Translations under genes and position numbers: made by a program
The notes under the pieces: model-generated
What the model was told of the DNA's origin: nothing
Databases searched by the model: none
Seen by the model: the letters and a program-made list of their open reading frames with translations, nothing else
Shown: positions 59,723-64,000 of the stretch, piece after piece
Position numbering within the stretch: position 1 is the stretch's first letter
Layout: the number at the start of each line of letters is the position of its first letter
Assembly: GCA_016748015.1 (NCBI GenBank)
Contig: JAAOMT010000664.1
Coordinates: 132,715 to 196,714, forward strand
From: Geosiphon pyriformis uo1
Taxonomy: Eukaryota; Fungi; Glomeromycota
DNA length: 64,000 nucleotides
Direction: 5' to 3'

Positions 59723-60029
59723 TGTTACGGGTTGGAGTAACAAGCTAACGGATAGCAAGAGAGAACAGGATTGTAGAGTGATGGAAATAATCAAAGGGAA
59801 TTCAACTTCAATGAGTGAATTGAATGAGTATGGATTCAATGTGCGAGATCAGTCTCATAAAATATCTCAGTTGCTATTCTTTTTAAAAGGTAACAAGGGA
59901 ATCTGAAGGTAGAGGGATAGTCTGTACTGTCAACAATTGATCACCACTGGTATAATTCTATGCCTCATGTTGGCGCTCTTAGAATTCAATATCAGATATC
60001 AACTTGTGCTCTTCAGTCACATTTATTCA
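59723..60029 (-). repeat. Partial family B LTR (B-viii) inserted in the A3 5' LTR after CTAC, truncated at the LINE junction
   Basis: TGTTACGGGTTGGAGTAAC...; matches 39931-40235. Confidence 0.85.
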
Positions 60030-62218
60030 CATAATAAGGGGTCATAGAAAATCCTCCACATGATGGGTAATCTTGTTTCCCCTTGATCTAATCTATCTTG
60101 TACTTGATATTTGTCACTTAACCCAAATTCAGTTATGATCCTATTACTTCTATTGTTGTGCATTAAGCCAAATAGCTCAATAAACCTATTGTTCATTTTG
60201 ATCCTCCTTAAAGCAGCTTCCATGGGTTTCCATCCTACTGAGTCGTATGCTTTTTTCATGTCCTGAAATGTAAACCAAGCCTCATTATCAAATTCTCTTG
60301 CATGCTCAGCAACAGCATTGATCACATGAATTGGCACTGCTGGAGATGTATTCTTCAAAACTGAGGTGTTAAGATTTTTTTAGTGCTTTCAATTAGTGTG
60401 ATCAGCCTGGTAATGTCAATATTGCTACCCCATTCTTTTGGCTTTGGAATCAGTATGACCTGTGCTATTCTCCACTCCTCAGGCATGTTTGCTGCTTCTA
60501 TGCAAACATTAAGCAATGTTCTCAGTTTAGACTTGGTGTTAGGACCAGACTTCCTCCAAAGTTCAGCTTGTATGCCTGATGGTCCAGAGGTTTTGTTGTG
60601 GGGTGTGTGGCTTAATGTGTGGTCAAATTCCTCAATTGTTATTTCAGCCATCACACCATCAAAGGCATTATCTGGGATGCTCTCAATTGGCCTAAACCTG
60701 TGTTCCCAACTTTTCCATAGTTCAGGTTCAAGAAATCTCGTTCTAGTCCACCCTTGAGCTTTTTTGTTTACTAGCTTTTTGATTTCATCAGGATTATCAT
60801 GAAATTCACCTTTTTCTATAACATGGTCCAGTACTATCCTTTGTCAGAATGCTTTTGATCATTGCTCCTTTGTTTAGCTTAAAGTTCTGTTGTCTTTTGA
60901 TGATATTGTTCACTATCTGCCTTTGTTGTTGTAACCTGATCCTAGCATGCAGTGTAGATTTGTATTCTTTCTTGATGCTTAGTAATTCAATAATAAGCTT
61001 ATCTTTTGGGAGAGTCATCAGATATGCAATAACTGTCTCAGGTTTCAATTGTTTCCATTTGGCCAAGAGCTGCATAACATTGTTATCATGCATATCTGTA
61101 TTGTTTATTCTTATATGTTTGATTATATTAGTGACAATCTTAACAAGCTTATGATCCATGCATTCTTTCTTTGTGTGTGCAGATTGGGCTCCCACTTTCC
61201 TTTTTGGTAAGCACTCAGCAGCTTGTAATACAGTCTCCTTGATTGTAAGCCACATCAGGTTTAGATTATCATTGCTATTATCTATCAATTTTCTTTGTGC
61301 TTCATCTGTTAGTCAATCAGTTTCTCTAGCATAGATCTCCCATTGGACTCCAGATGCCTTTTTAACATCAATTATAGTTGTGCTACACTTTTTCTCCCAG
61401 ATTTAGATTTTTTAGTGCCTGCCAAGATTCTATCAGATCAGATGATTGTCACCACTACTTTGTGATCAGTGCTAAATGATTTATTAACATTAATCACCCC
61501 AATATTTGTGACCAATGAGGCTGTAACAACATCAGTAAACACATAATCTAATCTCCTTTGTACTCCATTTGCTGTCCATGTGTTATCCGGATTGTTTACT
61601 GCATACATTCCATGTATATCCACTAGATTCATTTGTTGCAGTAATGTTGCAGTGGGACATTTTTTTCCTTTGTTCGTGGCAATTGTTTCTTCAAGTGATT
61701 TAACTGCCAGATCTTCATTCAAATTGCCTGCCACTATGACAATTTCTTTGTTTTGCACAATGTCTGCTAAAAGCTTTCTAATCTCTTTTGCAACTGCCTT
61801 TTCAGTAGGTGCTTTTGATGCAGGCATGTACAACCCAACCATGTGTACACTGATTTTACCCCTAAATCTCAGTACTAGATGCAATAATCTCCCATGATAA
61901 CCCCTGATTACCTCCACATGGTGAGTCCAACATTTTCTAACCAGTATGCCCACCCCAGATCCCATTTGTTTCTCAGTGCTTGATTCTCAAAAGGCATGGT
62001 ATTCCTCAGTACCAAAAAACACACCTTTTTCTTTGATTGGGGTCAGTTTAGTTTCTGTAATGATCACAAAATCAAACTGTTCTTCCTTAATCCACTGTAG
62101 TACCTCTTCAGCTTTGCCAGGATTGTTAAGTCGTCTAACATTGATAGTCCCTATTTTCCAAGTATTATTATTGGCAATGTTCTGTTCTAATTTGAAGTTG
62201 GATGTACTATACATCATC
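60026..62218 (-). pseudogene. LINE ORF2: APE endonuclease and reverse transcriptase (partial)
   Basis: TINVRRLN, ITETKL, AGNLN, RLDYVF, STDH; KTSGPSG, LIPKP, DMKKAYDSV, QGE, WRIFYDPLL. Confidence 0.9.
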
Positions 62219-63982
62219 TGTCTCCATAGATTTAGATTCTCCAGCCATAGCACCATTCCAGTTACCCTGTTTCTCCACCTGTTTCAGCAGTATCATAATA
62301 GGTTCCAGGGTCTTTTTGATTTCATTGATTTCTTTCTCTGGATTGTATGCCTCTTTCTTCTCCTCTGAGTTATGTCTGGGGGACATATCCTGTTTTGCTT
62401 CTTTATTACTCCCTTCTTTCTTTTCCTCTGTTATGTGACTTGGTGAATTAATTACCACTTTGTCTCCCTTTTTCTTTTCTACTGTTACCCCAAGTTTGGA
62501 AGCCACAGCATTCAGCAGTTTAGCCATCTCATCCACCTGCTGTCTCAGTTCATCAATTTCGGACTTCCATGGCTGTTTTGCTCCTTTTTTTTGTTGCCCC
62601 TCTTTGTTGTTTGTTTGTAAGCCTGCTTTTTGGAACCCACTTGGGTTTGCATTGTTCCTATTATTAGATGGGTTTAGTGCCACCATTTCAGCATATGATC
62701 TTCCCCCAAATGCCTTGATGGGTTCTTCCAGTATGTTCTTTCTGACATACAATTTGGCCAATCATATGTTATTGGTAACTTTCTTAGTATTCCTCTCCTT
62801 TTTCTTAAGTAAAGTAGGGCATTTTGAAACCAAGTGTTCTATCTGATAACAAAAATGGCATTCTTTAGCATCAGTGGGTACCCAGTGAATCAGAGCATCC
62901 CCAATTACCAAGGGCTTACTGGTAGCATTGTAGCAACTGGCTTCACTATCAAACCCTATGTAAACACAGCCCATTCTGGTGTAGTTTCTGCTAGTCCTTA
63001 GAATAAAGCAAGATCGGGCTTTGATTTGGTCCAAAGTGGTGCTCAGATAGTAAGCAGTACAGTTTTGTGGTAGACCAACTAGCTTAGCTTCCCAGGTTTT
63101 CCTCTGCTCAATGATCTTTTGGGTGCCTATCATTGGGTATATTCTAACTGCATCTTTTCTGATCAGGGTTAACCATTGGTCCACTGCTCTAGTTGCCTCT
63201 TCTTGGTTGTTGAATTCCACCACTGCCAACTGCTATTTTCCAGCCACTTTGATTTGGACTTTTTTCATCTCCCTGAATTCTCTCATGGCAGCTCCAACTT
63301 CTCTGTCAGAAATACCCAAGGGAATATCCCTAACTAGAACTTTCTTTTGACCAGCCATTTGATTGGCAATGCCATCAGTTGCCATTAAAAATGACTCAAT
63401 ATCTGCTTCTGCCAAGATCTTCTTAGCTTGATCTCTTTCAGCGATTTGGGAGAAATTTATCCTGATTTCTTGGTTTCTTACCAACACAGCCCCCAAAAGG
63501 TAACTGACATTCCCCAACAGGTTGTAAATCCACCCCACCTTCTTTCCCATGTTCTTCTCTGGTATGTCCACTATCTGCACAAATAGAACATGTCTTTTGG
63601 TGTCATAAACAACAGTCCTCCACCCTTCTTCTAGATTTGCTTTTGTAGACATGGCATTTTTCTCAGACAATCTGTTACTCTTTTGGCCCAGGCTTGGGCT
63701 TGGCATTCTGCTTGATAGACCCAATTCAGAGTCTTCCATATTTTCTGCAGTCTCTTCCATATCAGCACTATCTTTGTTTGTTTCAAATGGATTGTCCATT
63801 TGTTCATCAAATTTCTCTGCAGATTTTCCTTTGTTAATCTTATCTAAAATCTCAGGATTGCATTTCCTTAGAGCTGCTTCAATCTGCACTGCTCTTTCAA
63901 TCTCTTTACTAGGCAGTTTGGATGGTCTATCCAAATTTTTCAGGAACCTTGATGCCCCCTTTTCACCAATCCAAGCTTTCAT
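62207..63982 (-). pseudogene. LINE ORF1 (two RRM-like domains, CCHC knuckle, coiled coil)
   Basis: VLVRDIPLG..AVVEF, AKLVGLP..VYIGF, CHFCYQIEHLVSKC; three ORF pieces in one frame separated by single stops. Confidence 0.85.
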
Positions 63983-64000
63983 TTGAAACTTATCACTGTT

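Larger units (their letters stand above)
60026..64000 (-). mobile_element. Non-LTR retrotransposon (LINE), 3'-truncated within RT; 5' end outside the window
   Basis: ORF1 with RRM-like and CCHC motifs, ORF2 with APE endonuclease and RT. Confidence 0.9.

Overview
AT-rich, strongly CpG-depleted eukaryotic DNA (most likely a fungus of the Glomeromycota/Mucoromycota type; this is an inference from element and protein style) made almost entirely of nested, mostly decayed transposable elements. No host gene, RNA gene or CRISPR is visible. There are three Ty3/Gypsy-like LTR families, all primed by the same tRNA-Ile(UAU)-like PBS (TGGTGCTCCCTGTGAGG). Family A (copies A1 1-7464, A2 7465-15441, A3 34329-59722, fragment A4) has an essentially single-frame Gag-PR-[Cys-rich]-dUTPase-[second dUTPase-like fold]-RT-RH-IN plus a 3' ORF. 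Family B (near-complete copies 39931-55533 and 41879-48966, plus fragments and solo LTRs) has gag, a -1 frameshift with a predicted pseudoknot into PR-RT-RH, then a triple stop, a separate integrase ORF with its own ATG, and an ORF3 that runs into the 3' LTR. It makes 4-bp target duplications, always at GTAB/VTAC sites. Family C is two gag-PR remnants fused tail-to-tail as a ~7 kb inverted repeat. Also present: a Tc1/mariner-type MITE, a decayed large DDE-like transposase and a LINE (RRM/CCHC ORF1, APE-RT ORF2) truncated at its 3' end. The strongest candidate for an undescribed system is the family B architecture: split pol with a stand-alone GIN1/Ginger-like integrase, an extra ORF3 and sequence-specific targeting.
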